The notes: a model not told the origin generated them from the letters alone. Shown: positions 36,454 to 48,600, numbered from the stretch's first letter. The stretch: DNA of 64,000 nt from Candidatus Tayloriibacteriota bacterium (GCA_028286725.1 JAQBQZ010000013.1:15216-79215); one strand, 5' to 3'. Numbers and translations: made by a program.

Positions 36454-37476
36454 ATGAATCATCATCAAAAACTTTCTCCATTTCGAAAGATATTCAAAAG
36501 TACGCTTGTTTTTTACAAAACCAATTGGAAAAAGATGGTCTATCTTTTTCTTCCCATTGAAGCAGTAGTTCTCATCTCTCTCATTTGTCTTGATCTCATT
36601 CCTGACTCTGATTCTGTTATTGCGGCTATTGCAGTCGGGCTATTTAGTCTCGCCACTTTTATATTTAGTTGTTTTTATAAATTCTTGGTACTTGATGCTC
36701 CAGGGATTGTAGAGAGAATAAATGAAGGTGAAAGACCTCATCCAAAAGCGTGGTACAAATCTGTGCTTAGAAAAATCATACCTCTTGCGGTTGTGATGTT
36801 TTGCGTCGGGATTCTAAACTTCATTTTTATTTTATTGACTATGATACCTGCAGGAATTGTATTTCTTGTCACCTCAATTTTAACCAAAGGATTACTTCAG
36901 GATAGTATTTCTTCAATGCTTTTCACTATCGCTCTTTCGGTTATTCTTTTGTATTTTGCGCTTCGATTTATAATAAAGTTTTTTGTCGGCGGAATATTTT
37001 CTGCATATATGTATATCTTTGAGGGGAGAAAGGGTCTCGATGCGGTCGCTTCAAGTTTCCTTCTCACTTCAAAAAGGCAGTTTCGACTCTCTTGGCGAAT
37101 GGCAATAATCTGGATTTTGAGTGCAGTACCTTTTGTTCTTGTTGCAATTGCAATTGGTCTATTTATTCCGATCAATAATCTCTCTGATATTTATAGTGCG
37201 TTTTTCCTTCATGAGGAACCGGCTCTTTTAAATCCAGGAATCTTTGCTTCTGTTGTTCTTGATGTTTTCACTTCGCTTGCCACGCTTCTGTCTGCTACTT
37301 TTTTTGTAACATTTACTTATTTTCTTTGGAAGGATGTCAAAACAACATCTCATGCATTTAATGAATCTGAATATTCAAAAACCCGAAAGCATCTTCGAAG
37401 CCTTATAATTGTCGGAATTATTGTTATTGCAGCTTTGATCGTATTTTCTCTCATATACGACACAGTTTCATACTAA
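36454..37476 (+). CDS. multi-pass membrane protein
   Basis: 340 aa, about 7 TM segments. Confidence 0.7.
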   Translation: MNHHQKLSPFRKIFKSTLVFYKTNWKKMVYLFLPIEAVVLISLICLDLIPDSDSVIAAIAVGLFSLATFIFSCFYKFLVLDAPGIVERINEGERPHPKAWYKSVLRKIIPLAVVMFCVGILNFIFILLTMIPAGIVFLVTSILTKGLLQDSISSMLFTIALSVILLYFALRFIIKFFVGGIFSAYMYIFEGRKGLDAVASSFLLTSKRQFRLSWRMAIIWILSAVPFVLVAIAIGLFIPINNLSDIYSAFFLHEEPALLNPGIFASVVLDVFTSLATLLSATFFVTFTYFLWKDVKTTSHAFNESEYSKTRKHLRSLIIVGIIVIAALIVFSLIYDTVSY

Positions 37477-37541
37477 GTCTCATTGGCTTTTGTATTATTC
37501 ATTAATTTTGAAATGGGTTCTAAAAATGCTAATATGGGCGA

Positions 37542-40500
37542 ATGGAAAACAATGAACTAAAGAAAAGTCCGCAAGCCCTTCGTGAAGAGGGAATACTTAA
37601 ATTCTGGGAAGAAAACAACATTTTTGCAAAAACACTTGAAAAGGATTCTCCAAAAGGAGAGTATGTGTTTTATGAAGGTCCTCCAACTGCCAATGGAAAG
37701 CCAGGAATTCATCATATTGAAGCTCGAGTATTTAAGGATGCAATCCCTCGTTACAAGACAATGCAGGGTTTTCGTGTACCTCGAAGAGCGGGATGGGATA
37801 CTCATGGACTCCCGGTAGAGCTTTTGGTTGAAAAAAACCTAGGACTCAAAAGCAAAAAAGAGATCGAAGAATATGGGGTAGTAGAATTCAACAAAAAATG
37901 CAAAGAGAGTGTGCTCCAATTCATCAATGAGTTTCGTAACTTCAGCGCACGAATCGGTTATTGGGCAGATTACAATAATGCGTTTTTTACTTTCAATAAT
38001 TCATACATTGAATCACTCTGGGGAGTGGTGGGCAAGATCAATGAACAGAATTTAATTTACAAAGACTATCGAATCGCACCATGGTGTCCTCGATGTGGAA
38101 CAACGCTTTCGTCTCATGAACTTGCTCAAGGATATCAGGATGTAAAAGATCTTTCGGTGACTGCTAAGTTTCATCTTGTTCCTGGACAGAAATGGGGAAG
38201 TGAATACGAGATAAAAGAGACAGCTTATATTTTGGCGTGGACAACAACTCCTTGGACACTCCCGGGAAATGTTGGTCTTGCTGTGGGGAATGATATTTCT
38301 TATACAGCTCTCCGTGTAGAAGGAATTTCTGAACTCTACATTGTTGCAAGTGCTCGAGTCGAGACTCTTTTTAAGGATCAAAAGATTGAGATTGTACATG
38401 GTGATATCAAAGGAAGTGATCTTGTAGGACTTGTATACGAGCCTCTTTATCCATATCTCATAAACAATATAACTGAAACTGAAAAACCAAAGCTCGAAAA
38501 TGCATTCAAGATATATGCTGCAGATTTTGTGACAACAACAGACGGTACTGGTGTTGTGCATACTGCGGTTATGTACGGATCTGATGACTTTGAACTTGGA
38601 ACAAAGGTTGGACTTCCAAAATTCCATACAGTAACTCCAGAAGGAAACTTCATCGACAATACTGACTTCTTATCTGGCAGATTTGTGAAAGATGAAGAGG
38701 TTGCGGTAGACATTATTAAAGATCTTGCACATAGAGGACTCCTTTTCAAAAAAGAAAAATACGAGCACTCATATCCGCATTGTTGGAGATGTAAGACTCC
38801 TCTCATCTACTACGCAAGAGATTCGTGGTACATCGGAATGTCAAAACTGCGCGATAAACTCGTGGCAGAAAATGAAAAAATAAATTGGGAACCAGAATAT
38901 ATCAAAGAAGGAAGATTTGGCGAATGGCTTCGGGAGATCAAAGACTGGGCTATTTCTCGTGAACGATATTGGGGCACACCGCTTCCAATCTGGATGTCAG
39001 AAGATGGGGAAAAGAGAGTGGTTATAGACAGTATTCAAACGCTCAAAAAATACACAAAGAAATCAGGCAACAACTACAAGCTCATGCGACACGGGAAGAC
39101 CGAGAAGAATGGTCTTGGTGTTTGGGATTTTGTATTGGAAGGAAGTGCATGTTTGAGCGATGAAGGAAAAGCAATGGTTCGAAAAGAAGCAGAGAAACTC
39201 AAAGGCGAAGAGTATAAACCTGATATTGTTTTTGTTTCACCGTACCTTCGAACAGAAGACACAATGCATATCGTGTGTGATGTACTTGGAATCGGTAAAG
39301 AAAATATTATTGATGATCCTCGACTTTCTGAGTGGAGTGTCGGAGAAGGGTGGAATGGCAAGCCGATCGATTCACTTTTTGATGCGATCTACAAAGATGC
39401 GGGCAAAGACTTTCATACATATCGAATGCCAGGCGGGGAAGCGTATGCTGATGTGGTAAAGCGAGCGGGAGAATTCATATATGAGATTGATAAAAAATAT
39501 CAAGGTAAAAGAATTCTTATCGTTAGTCATGCTTCGGTACTGAAGGCTCTTTTTGCTCTCGATAATCTTTTGGATATTTCTCAAATTGCAGAATTCCATA
39601 ATACATTTCTCAAATACAAAAATGCAGAAGTAAGAGATTTTGATTTCGTTCCGCTCCCACATAATGAAAAATATGAAATAGATCTTCATAAGCCTTTTAT
39701 TGATGATGTTGTGCTCGTTGATGAAAATGGAAAAGAATTAAAACGAGTGAAAGAAGTGATGGATGTATGGTTTGATTCAGGAGCTATGCCTTTTGCTCAG
39801 ATGGGGGAGAAGAGGGGCAAGGCAACTTTTCAAGAATATACAAAGAGTATTCCATACCCGGCTGACTTTATTTCTGAAGCTATCGATCAGACTCGCGGGT
39901 GGTTTTATACGCTTCATGCTGTTGGAGTGCTCATGAATCGCGGGAATGCTTACAAAAACGTGATCTGTCTCGGACATCTCTTGGACAAAAATGGAAAGAA
40001 AATGTCGAAGTCACTCGGCAATGTGGTAAACCCTTGGGAACAAATGGACAAGTATGGAATCGATGCGATAAGGCTTTGGATGTATTCAGTGAACCAGCCA
40101 GGAGAGAGCAAGAACTACGACGAGAAAACGGTAGATGAAATAAATAAAAAAGTATTCAATCTTATTGGAAATACATTTACATTCTATGAACTCTATCGAG
40201 ATAAAACTCTCGAGAATAATGAGATACCTCAGACAAAGAATGTAATGGATCTTTGGGTACTTGATCGATTGAATGATTTGGTGATAAATGTTACTCGGAA
40301 TATGGAGAGTTATAAACTCCTTGAACCGGTCCGAGACATTAAGGAATTCGTCGCAGATCTTTCTACATGGTACTTGCAGCTATCGAGAGACAGATTTAGA
40401 GATGGGGATACGGGCGCAAAGCAGACTCTTTATTTTGTATTGAAAACCCTTTCGACACTTTTGGCACCATTTGCACCCTTCTTTGCAGAAGATCTTTATT

Positions 40501-41072
40501 TAAAGCTTCGATTGGAAAATGACGCAGAAAGTGTGCATCTCGGAAATTGGCCAACAGCTACAATTGATGCTGGTGCAGATGATCGCGCAACACAAATGCA
40601 GTTCACTCGAGAGATTGTATCACTGGGACTTGATGCGAGAATGAAAGCTGATATCAAAGTGCGACAGCCGCTAGGAAAGTTGAAAGTCAAAAGTCTAAAG
40701 TCAAAAGTGGGGGAAGAATATTTAATTCTTGTAAAAGAACGAGTAAATATTAAAGAAGTTATTTTTGATGAGTCGGTTACTAATGAAGCTGAGCTTGATG
40801 TTACCATCACACCAGCACTCAAAGAAGAGGGAATTGTTCGAGAGATAATCCGAGCAGTTCAAGACTTGCGAAAGAAAAGCGGACTTACTCCGAGTGATCC
40901 GATTGTACTTCATATTGGCGCCAACGAATCTGGAAAAGATGTACTTGAAAAACCAGAATGGCTCATGATGATTCGAGATGCGGTGCTCGCAAAGAATATT
41001 GAAGTTAAAACTATAGGAGTTGGGGAGAAGATTGTGATTGATGATATTGAGTTTACAATTGCTTTAGCTTAA
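37542..41072 (+). CDS. ileS: isoleucine--tRNA ligase type 2 with inserted histidine-phosphatase domain
   Basis: EGPPTANG.PGIHH, GWDTHGLP, WTTTPWT, WAISRERYWG, DQTRGW, KMSKS; insert with RHG...SH at ~39070-39650. Confidence 0.95.
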   Translation: MENNELKKSPQALREEGILKFWEENNIFAKTLEKDSPKGEYVFYEGPPTANGKPGIHHIEARVFKDAIPRYKTMQGFRVPRRAGWDTHGLPVELLVEKNLGLKSKKEIEEYGVVEFNKKCKESVLQFINEFRNFSARIGYWADYNNAFFTFNNSYIESLWGVVGKINEQNLIYKDYRIAPWCPRCGTTLSSHELAQGYQDVKDLSVTAKFHLVPGQKWGSEYEIKETAYILAWTTTPWTLPGNVGLAVGNDISYTALRVEGISELYIVASARVETLFKDQKIEIVHGDIKGSDLVGLVYEPLYPYLINNITETEKPKLENAFKIYAADFVTTTDGTGVVHTAVMYGSDDFELGTKVGLPKFHTVTPEGNFIDNTDFLSGRFVKDEEVAVDIIKDLAHRGLLFKKEKYEHSYPHCWRCKTPLIYYARDSWYIGMSKLRDKLVAENEKINWEPEYIKEGRFGEWLREIKDWAISRERYWGTPLPIWMSEDGEKRVVIDSIQTLKKYTKKSGNNYKLMRHGKTEKNGLGVWDFVLEGSACLSDEGKAMVRKEAEKLKGEEYKPDIVFVSPYLRTEDTMHIVCDVLGIGKENIIDDPRLSEWSVGEGWNGKPIDSLFDAIYKDAGKDFHTYRMPGGEAYADVVKRAGEFIYEIDKKYQGKRILIVSHASVLKALFALDNLLDISQIAEFHNTFLKYKNAEVRDFDFVPLPHNEKYEIDLHKPFIDDVVLVDENGKELKRVKEVMDVWFDSGAMPFAQMGEKRGKATFQEYTKSIPYPADFISEAIDQTRGWFYTLHAVGVLMNRGNAYKNVICLGHLLDKNGKKMSKSLGNVVNPWEQMDKYGIDAIRLWMYSVNQPGESKNYDEKTVDEINKKVFNLIGNTFTFYELYRDKTLENNEIPQTKNVMDLWVLDRLNDLVINVTRNMESYKLLEPVRDIKEFVADLSTWYLQLSRDRFRDGDTGAKQTLYFVLKTLSTLLAPFAPFFAEDLYLKLRLENDAESVHLGNWPTATIDAGADDRATQMQFTREIVSLGLDARMKADIKVRQPLGKLKVKSLKSKVGEEYLILVKERVNIKEVIFDESVTNEAELDVTITPALKEEGIVREIIRAVQDLRKKSGLTPSDPIVLHIGANESGKDVLEKPEWLMMIRDAVLAKNIEVKTIGVGEKIVIDDIEFTIALA

Positions 41073-41083
41073 ATAAAAATAAT

Positions 41084-41653
41084 ATGAAAAGAGTAATACT
41101 TATTCACGGATGGGATGGGCATCCTGGAGATCATTGGAAAAAATGGTTTAAGGGAACTTTGATCGGAAAAGGAATACGAGTCATTGAGCCGCAGCTTTCT
41201 GGTGGAAGCCAGCCAGAACTTGAAGTGTGGAATAAAGAAATTGCGGAAGCTATTGGTACTCCTGATATGGATACTTGTGTTGTCGGGCATTCTTTGGGAT
41301 GTATTGCTCTTGTGCATTATCTTCGAAGTTTGAAAGATAGTGAAAAAATTGCAGGAGCTGTTTTTGTGGCAGGCTTCAGTAGTGATATCGGCATGCGGGA
41401 CGACGCTGAATCATTCATAGAAAAATTCTATCTCACACCAGAAGAGGTTGGTAAGGCAAAAAAACATTGTGATAAATTTGTCACAATTGTCTCTGATAAT
41501 GATTCTGCAGTACCTCTCGCAAAAGCTTTGGAATTCCAGAAGGAGCTCGATGCAGAACTCATTCTTGAAGAGGGAAAGGGGCATTTCTGTGAAGAGGATG
41601 GAGTGATGAGGCTTCAGTCTGCGCTCGATTCTGTGTTGAAGATTCTTGAATAG
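41084..41653 (+). CDS. RBBP9/YdeN-family alpha/beta hydrolase
   Basis: IHGW, GHSLG, SDND, GH. Confidence 0.9.
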   Translation: MKRVILIHGWDGHPGDHWKKWFKGTLIGKGIRVIEPQLSGGSQPELEVWNKEIAEAIGTPDMDTCVVGHSLGCIALVHYLRSLKDSEKIAGAVFVAGFSSDIGMRDDAESFIEKFYLTPEEVGKAKKHCDKFVTIVSDNDSAVPLAKALEFQKELDAELILEEGKGHFCEEDGVMRLQSALDSVLKILE

Positions 41654-41694
41654 CTATTTTTGATTTTCGATCTCTAATCTTTGATTTATCTTCA

Positions 41695-42267
41695 ATGCAT
41701 CACAAATATACAACTCTTGGATTTATTGTAAACACGAGAGGAAGCAAAGAGGCTGATATGCTCTACTCAATCTATACGGAGGATTTTGGAATGGTGTTTG
41801 CGAGCGCAACATCTGTACGTCTCAGTAAATCAAAACTCCGTCCGCACCTTTTTGTGGGCGTATTACTTTCTCTCACAGTCCTTAAAACAAAAACGGGATG
41901 GAAGCTTGTTGAAGCAAAACAAATGGGCGAAATGATTTCGCTTAAAAACAAAGGCTACAAAATATTTGCACGAATGCTTTCTGTACTCAAATCTCTCATT
42001 CATGGCGAAGAGAAAAATGAGTCTCTCTTTGAAGTTGTTTTAAATATGTATAAGCTTATATTAGAGAAAAAAGACACTGAGATTGGGGAGGGAATAGAGA
42101 TGTTGGGAATGATAAAGATATTGGGAAGTCTTGGATACGGGACAGATATCGGAATCTCAAAATATATCGATAAAGATTTTGACGAAGCGACTCTGGATGC
42201 GATTTTTTTGGAAAAGGCTCCGATCGTAAAAGAGATCAATAAGGCGTTGAAGGCGACAGGCTTCTAG
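41695..42267 (+). CDS. recO: DNA repair protein RecO
   Basis: EAD..YSIYTEDFG.V.A.A..VR..KSKL OB fold; LGY. Confidence 0.8.
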   Translation: MHHKYTTLGFIVNTRGSKEADMLYSIYTEDFGMVFASATSVRLSKSKLRPHLFVGVLLSLTVLKTKTGWKLVEAKQMGEMISLKNKGYKIFARMLSVLKSLIHGEEKNESLFEVVLNMYKLILEKKDTEIGEGIEMLGMIKILGSLGYGTDIGISKYIDKDFDEATLDAIFLEKAPIVKEINKALKATGF

Positions 42268-42340
42268 GTCTGCCTTCCATTTAATTTTATGCAGTGTTGT
42301 AGCTGTAGTTTTCGTGTTTTCCATTATATAATTAGATTTA

Positions 42341-44287
42341 ATGGAAAATTCTGCTGATAAAAGTAAAATAGAAAATCTTCGCAATGCTCTTTATTCAAGA
42401 AAAATAAAGATCAAGCCTAATTTCGTACTCGATCTTAATGGCCACAAAAGCGAAGTAAAAGATAATTGGGACGAAGAAAAAAAAGAACTCACAAAAAGTG
42501 TTGACTATATTCCCGCTGACCAGCCGCCAAAAAGCTTTTCAAAAAAAGTACTTTGGCTTGCGGTGATATTTTTTATTGTGTCTCTCTGTGTTGCGGGATA
42601 TGTGTATTTCAATGGAAGCAATATCATTTCTGCAAATAACATCAAGATAGAGGTTGTTGGTCCTACAACGGTAAAGGCCGGAGAAGACACATCGCTTGAT
42701 GTATCAATAACAAACAACAATGACACAACTCTCGAAGTAGCAGATCTTATCCTTGAATATCCTCAGGGTACTCGAAGCGCGACAGATTCTGTGACTCCGA
42801 TGACTCATGATCGTGTTGCTTTTGATGACATTGCACCGCACACAACTGTGCGCCGAACTATCAAGTCGGTTCTCTATGGAGAAGAGGGTGCAACTGCTCA
42901 TATTGATATGACTCTCGAATATCGCATACCAACTGCAATGAGTGTGTTTACTAAAGATACATCATATGAAGTGATGATAGGATCGGCGCCGCTTACTCTT
43001 TCTGTCGATGGTCTCAAAGAAGTAAATGCAAATCAAGACTATACACTGACACTCAACGTTGTTTCAAACAGTGATCAGGTAGTAAAAGATGTGCTCCTTA
43101 CTGCTTCATTGCCATTTGGCTATGAAGTTGCATCAACAACTCCTCTACCAATACCTAAGACCACGGTCTGGAATCTTGGAGATATTGAAGCAAATGGCAA
43201 GCGAACAATTGTGATCAAAGGCAAGATGTATGGAGATCATAATGATGAAGATAGATATTTTAAAATAAGCGTTGGAACAAAAGATGCAAAAGTCCCAACA
43301 CAAGTAAGCGGGGTTATCTCTGCAGTTACACAGCAAGTGACGATCAAAGAGCCGTTTATCGGAGTTCTACTTTCGTATGAAAGAAACAGTCCTGCAGGCG
43401 TCGACTATATTGCAAGAAGCGGAACAACATTGTCATCAAACATCAATCTTACAAACAATCTTGATGTGCCGATTTATGATGTTGAAGTTGAATCAAAAAT
43501 AACTGGACCTATTGTTGTTCCTAATACATTTAAGCCAAACGGAGGATTCTATGATTCGAACCTTGGTGTCATTAGATGGAACAAGTCTTATGATAAAAAC
43601 CTGGAGAATATATTACCTAACAATAATATAGATGAGCCTTATACATTCAGTCTCTTCAAATCATCAGTGGCTCAATCGCTCAAAATTACTCATCCCGTAT
43701 TTACAACTGACATTACTGTAAAAGCAAAAAGAAGACTTGAATCAGGTGTTCCAGAAAATATTGTTTCAACAATACATAAGGATATAAAAGTAGAAACTGA
43801 TGCACGCTTCTCTGCTCAGGTAACACACAATACAGGACCTATAGAAAATGAGGGCGATCTTCCTCCAAAGGTAGGGAAGCAGACTCAATATACAGTCACA
43901 TGGGCAATAACAAATACATTCAATGAGCTCGGCGAGGCAAAGGTGAGCGCAATACTTCCTGACTATATTACTTGGAATAATATTGTAGTTGGTCCCGGGG
44001 AGAAGGTTACATACAATCCAGATTCGCGCCAAGTGGACTGGGATGTTGGAGGCATGAATGCACAGTCGAACGGCAAGGTGGCGCTCCGACAGGTGTCATT
44101 CCAGATAGGATTTATACCAAGTCAAAGCCAGGTTCAGACTTCTCCGATCCTTGTAGGTGTTGCGAATTTCACTGCTCGTGATACATTTACAAACACTTCA
44201 CTTTCTGGAACAAATGAAGTATTAACAACACAATTGCCGACAGATCCGCTCTATACATACGATGATTCTCAGGTGCAGCCACAATAA
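42341..44287 (+). CDS. membrane-anchored protein with multiple Ig-like (DUF11-like) domains
   Basis: One TM near the N-terminus; repeated WNLGDI / YTVTW.I.N / LP motifs. Confidence 0.75.
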   Translation: MENSADKSKIENLRNALYSRKIKIKPNFVLDLNGHKSEVKDNWDEEKKELTKSVDYIPADQPPKSFSKKVLWLAVIFFIVSLCVAGYVYFNGSNIISANNIKIEVVGPTTVKAGEDTSLDVSITNNNDTTLEVADLILEYPQGTRSATDSVTPMTHDRVAFDDIAPHTTVRRTIKSVLYGEEGATAHIDMTLEYRIPTAMSVFTKDTSYEVMIGSAPLTLSVDGLKEVNANQDYTLTLNVVSNSDQVVKDVLLTASLPFGYEVASTTPLPIPKTTVWNLGDIEANGKRTIVIKGKMYGDHNDEDRYFKISVGTKDAKVPTQVSGVISAVTQQVTIKEPFIGVLLSYERNSPAGVDYIARSGTTLSSNINLTNNLDVPIYDVEVESKITGPIVVPNTFKPNGGFYDSNLGVIRWNKSYDKNLENILPNNNIDEPYTFSLFKSSVAQSLKITHPVFTTDITVKAKRRLESGVPENIVSTIHKDIKVETDARFSAQVTHNTGPIENEGDLPPKVGKQTQYTVTWAITNTFNELGEAKVSAILPDYITWNNIVVGPGEKVTYNPDSRQVDWDVGGMNAQSNGKVALRQVSFQIGFIPSQSQVQTSPILVGVANFTARDTFTNTSLSGTNEVLTTQLPTDPLYTYDDSQVQPQ

Positions 44288-44304
44288 ATAAAATTTTAAA
44301 ACAA

Positions 44305-45672
44305 ATGGAAAATAAGATGGAAAAAATAATCAGTCTCTGTAAGCGCCGCGGATTTGTATTCCAGGGTTCTGAGATCTATGGAGGACTTGCAGGTACTTGG
44401 GACTATGGACCGCTTGGTGTTGCGCTCAAGAATAATATTCAAAATCTCTGGTGGAAGAGATTCGTTCTTGATCGAGAAGATATGTACGGAATGGATGCGG
44501 CGATCCTCATGAATCAAAATGTTTGGAAGTCCTCTGGGCACGTTGCTGGATTTTCTGATCCTTTAGTTGAAGATCTTAAAACCAAAAAAAGATACAGAGC
44601 AGATCATCTTCTTGAAGATGCAGGTGTTGATCCAAAGGGGATGAAATTTCCTGATATGGATAAAGTAATAAAAGAAAAAGGACTCAAGAGTCCTGAAGGA
44701 AATCCTCTTGGCGAGGTAAGACAATTTAATATGATGCTCCAGACCTCGATTGGCGCGATCCAGGATGATTCTTCAGTTTCATACCTTCGTCCAGAAACAG
44801 CTGGGGGTATGTTTGTAAACTTTAAAAATGTACTAGACTCACTCCATCCAAAACTTCCTTTTGGTATGGCGCAGATCGGTAAAGCATTTCGAAACGAGAT
44901 CGCTCCTCGAGATTTTATTTTCCGTGTGCGAGAACTTGAACAGATGGAAATAGAATATTTTATAAAGGCGGATTCTTGGAAAGAAAATTTTGAAGCTTTC
45001 AGAAAGGAAGTCTGGGAATATACAAAAGATGTAGGACTTTCCCAAGACAAGGTTCACGAGCTTGAAGTGGCAGATGAAGATAGGGCACACTACAGCAAGC
45101 GAACAATTGATTTTGAATTTGATTTTCCGTTTGGTAAAAAGGAACTTTATGGTCTCGCGTACAGAACAGATTTTGATCTCAAGGCACATACAGTGGGATC
45201 TACAGTTGATCTCTCATATTTTGATGAAGAAACAAAAGAACGATATGTTCCGCATGTGATCGAACCTTCTTTTGGAGTGGGACGAACACTTCTTGCGGTT
45301 CTTTCTGACGCGTATACAGAAGATAATCTTGGGGGGGAAGTCAGAACATTTTTGAAACTGTCTCCGAAAGTTGCACCATTTCTTGTGGCCGTGTCTCCGC
45401 TTCTCAAAAACAAGCCAGAGCTCATGACAAAGGCGAGAGAGGTATACAATGCAATGCGAAAGGTATTTCCAGGACGAGTAATATTTGATGACAATGGAAA
45501 TATTGGAAAACGATATCGACGACAAGATGAGATTGGGACACCTTATTGTGTCGTGATCGACTTTGATACAATCGAAAAAAATACAGGAGTGACTATAAGA
45601 CACAGAGATACAGGAGAGCAGGAGAGAAAGAGTGTTGAGGAAGTAATTGAGTACATCAAAAATAATATCTAA
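44305..45672 (+). CDS. glyQS: glycine--tRNA ligase (homodimeric, eukaryote/archaea type)
   Basis: CKRRGF, YLRPETA, FRNEI.PR, REL/FEQME, IGKRYRRQDEIGTP. Confidence 0.97.
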   Translation: MENKMEKIISLCKRRGFVFQGSEIYGGLAGTWDYGPLGVALKNNIQNLWWKRFVLDREDMYGMDAAILMNQNVWKSSGHVAGFSDPLVEDLKTKKRYRADHLLEDAGVDPKGMKFPDMDKVIKEKGLKSPEGNPLGEVRQFNMMLQTSIGAIQDDSSVSYLRPETAGGMFVNFKNVLDSLHPKLPFGMAQIGKAFRNEIAPRDFIFRVRELEQMEIEYFIKADSWKENFEAFRKEVWEYTKDVGLSQDKVHELEVADEDRAHYSKRTIDFEFDFPFGKKELYGLAYRTDFDLKAHTVGSTVDLSYFDEETKERYVPHVIEPSFGVGRTLLAVLSDAYTEDNLGGEVRTFLKLSPKVAPFLVAVSPLLKNKPELMTKAREVYNAMRKVFPGRVIFDDNGNIGKRYRRQDEIGTPYCVVIDFDTIEKNTGVTIRHRDTGEQERKSVEEVIEYIKNNI

Positions 45673-45677
45673 TAAAA

Positions 45678-48600
45678 ATGCACAATCATCATCTAAGGAA
45701 TATATTAATTATTTTTATTATTTTCTTCTGTGTAAATACTGCATCTGCGCATGTCACTATTCCTGATGGTTCGACGACTTCTTGCGGGAGTCTTGATTCG
45801 ACGAATTTAACAACACATACAACAAATCAAATCGAGTCTCGTATAAGTCAGACCTCTTCAACAACAGGTCTATCTATGTATTCAAACAGGGATTTTAGTC
45901 TTGCGAGTACGACTGCACCATGGACTCCCAACCCAAACTCATGGACAAAGAAAGGTGCAAGTGCGCTCGATTTTACTGGAGTTGCCGGGTACAACTTATA
46001 TTCAAGCGGTACAGGTATTGCGCCGAATAGAATCGCAACTCTCATTTCACCTCGACACTTTCTTGCTGCGGCACACTACACACCAAATCCAGGCGAAGTA
46101 TTGGGATTTATCGATGCGAGTGGTAATAGAATAGAGAGGACTGTAACAGGCATTCAAAATATTTATGGTACTGATATTGAAATAGGGGTACTCGATTCCG
46201 ATCTTCCTGACAGTATTACTTACTATCCGCTTATTGCGTCATCAACTCTTCGAAGTTTGGTGCAGCAATATACTCCTCAAAATTTGGCTGTTCCTGTCGT
46301 GTACTTTGATCAAGAAGCAAAAGCTTTGATACACAGTATTTTTTCGATGGGAGATGCAATTACTTATAGTACATATACAAGCGGAGACTTTGCTCCATAT
46401 AGCGAAACTATTATTTCTGGAGATTCGGGTAATCCTGAATTTATTCTCATTGATAATCATCCCGTACTTCTTTCTGCTACTTATGGTGGTGGAGGGGGAT
46501 ATGCACCAAGTGCGGGAGCATATATGAGTCAGATTAATACCGCGATGACAAATCTTGGTGGAGGATACCAGGTAACACAGTATAATCCAGCCTGCTTCAT
46601 TCAGTATCCGTTCAATCGCCAGCCTGTATTTACGAGTTCACCTTCGTCTAACATAATTACATACGAACATACTGATCCTTCTTCGGCGCTGTTTACATAC
46701 CTTGCAACCGATGCTGACAGTGATCAAACTCTCACATATGCGCTTGTAAGTCTCACTACATCTACAACAACGCTCAATGCTTCAGATTATTTCAGTATAA
46801 ATCCTGCAACTGGTGTTTTACATCAGACTCATGATATGAGTATCGGTGCTTTAGGTACAAATTTGACTCTTGTGGTCTCTGCGACTGACAGCGGTACGTA
46901 TCCTTCGCAAGCAACAATATCAAATACGGTGAGTCTAAGAAGTGTGCCGCAGGCTGGACCAAAAATTATTCTCGATCCTTCTTTTACTCTAGCTACTATT
47001 TCAGGAAATACGACGTCACTTTTTGTAGACTCGAATGATAAAGTGCTTATTGGCGGTAGTTATACTTCAGTAAATGGTGTGAATCAAAACGACATTGCTC
47101 GTCTCAATTCTTCTGGGTTGCTTGATATGAATTTTGCAACCAATATAGGATCTGGTGTTTTGAACTATAGTGATCAAAATATAAATGTAAATAGGATCTT
47201 TACAGATTCACAGGGCAAGATTGTATTTATACCGGGTGACTATATTAAATTCAGCGGAGTTAATGGCTGTAATATTGGCAGGTTAAATTCAGATGGTACT
47301 TTAGATACAAATTTTGTTTGTAGTAATAGTAATGGAGGATATGGTTTTACAATCAATGGAAATAGTGGTGCAAATGTATATGCGGCAACAAAAGCAGGAG
47401 ATAAATTGCTTGTAACTGGTAATTTCAATAATTATAACGGCACTACTGTGGGTGGAGTAGCACTTCTCAATCAGGATGGAAGTCTTGATACCAATTTTAA
47501 TAGTAATTTTGGTATTGGTATAAATGGTATTTCATTGGGTGGTGCCGGCAAAGCAATTGCTTTTGATGGCGATCATAGTTTTTATGTTGGAGGAACTATG
47601 TCTGATTATGTAAATGGAAGTGGAGCCACAACAACACTACATCGTATTGCAAAATTTGATATCAATGGAACTTTTGATTCGAGCTTCGCTGTGAACAATG
47701 GTACAGGTTTTGCGTTTTCGAATATAACAGATATGAAAGTGCGTCATGATGGTAAAATTGTTGTTATTGGATTTTTCACTAGTTTTAATGGGGTTCCTGT
47801 AACTAGAATTGTATTACTGAATCCCGATGGAACCCTTGATACAAGTTTTGCTACGAATTCTGGAGCAGGATTTTCTCAGACGCCATATTCGGTATATGTT
47901 CAAGATGATGACAAGATGATCATTGGAGGAGCTTTTAGTTCATATAACAATATTGGGACAAATGGACTTGTGCGTCTTAATAAGGACGGAACACTCGATA
48001 CTGATTTTCAAAATGCATTTGGCAATGGTATTACAGGAACTGTGCTACAAGTTTCAAAAAGAAGCGACGGTGCTCTCGTGACGCTTGGTGGCTTTGATTA
48101 CAATAGTACACTTTTAAATTACAATGTGGGTGAGTTTGTAACGCAAACCCCAGCGACTCCGGTCTTTACGGCGGCTACTACGGTAGGAAGTACTAATGCG
48201 GTAATTTCTGGTACAGGTTCATCAACTGCAGTCGTGTCGGTCTTTGATAATGGAACTCTGGTCGCAACAACGACTGTTGATGGAAGTGGTTTTTGGCAAA
48301 AGACAGTGTCGCTTTATTCAGGAACACATACTTTGACAGCGATACAAACACTCTCACTTCTTACGACGGTTGCTTCATCGGTATCAAATAGTGTCATTGC
48401 GACCATTAATCTCTCTGGATCTTCTGGCGGAGGAGGTGGCGGCGGGGGAGGTGGAGGAGGATCATCGGCGCCCGTAACGACACCGGTCACAAATCCGACA
48501 AATCCAGTCACACCGAATGTTCCAAATATTTTGCCAACTATTCTACCTAATACTACTTTGCCGAAATTAGATGTGCTTGTAAATAAATCTCTTCCACCGA

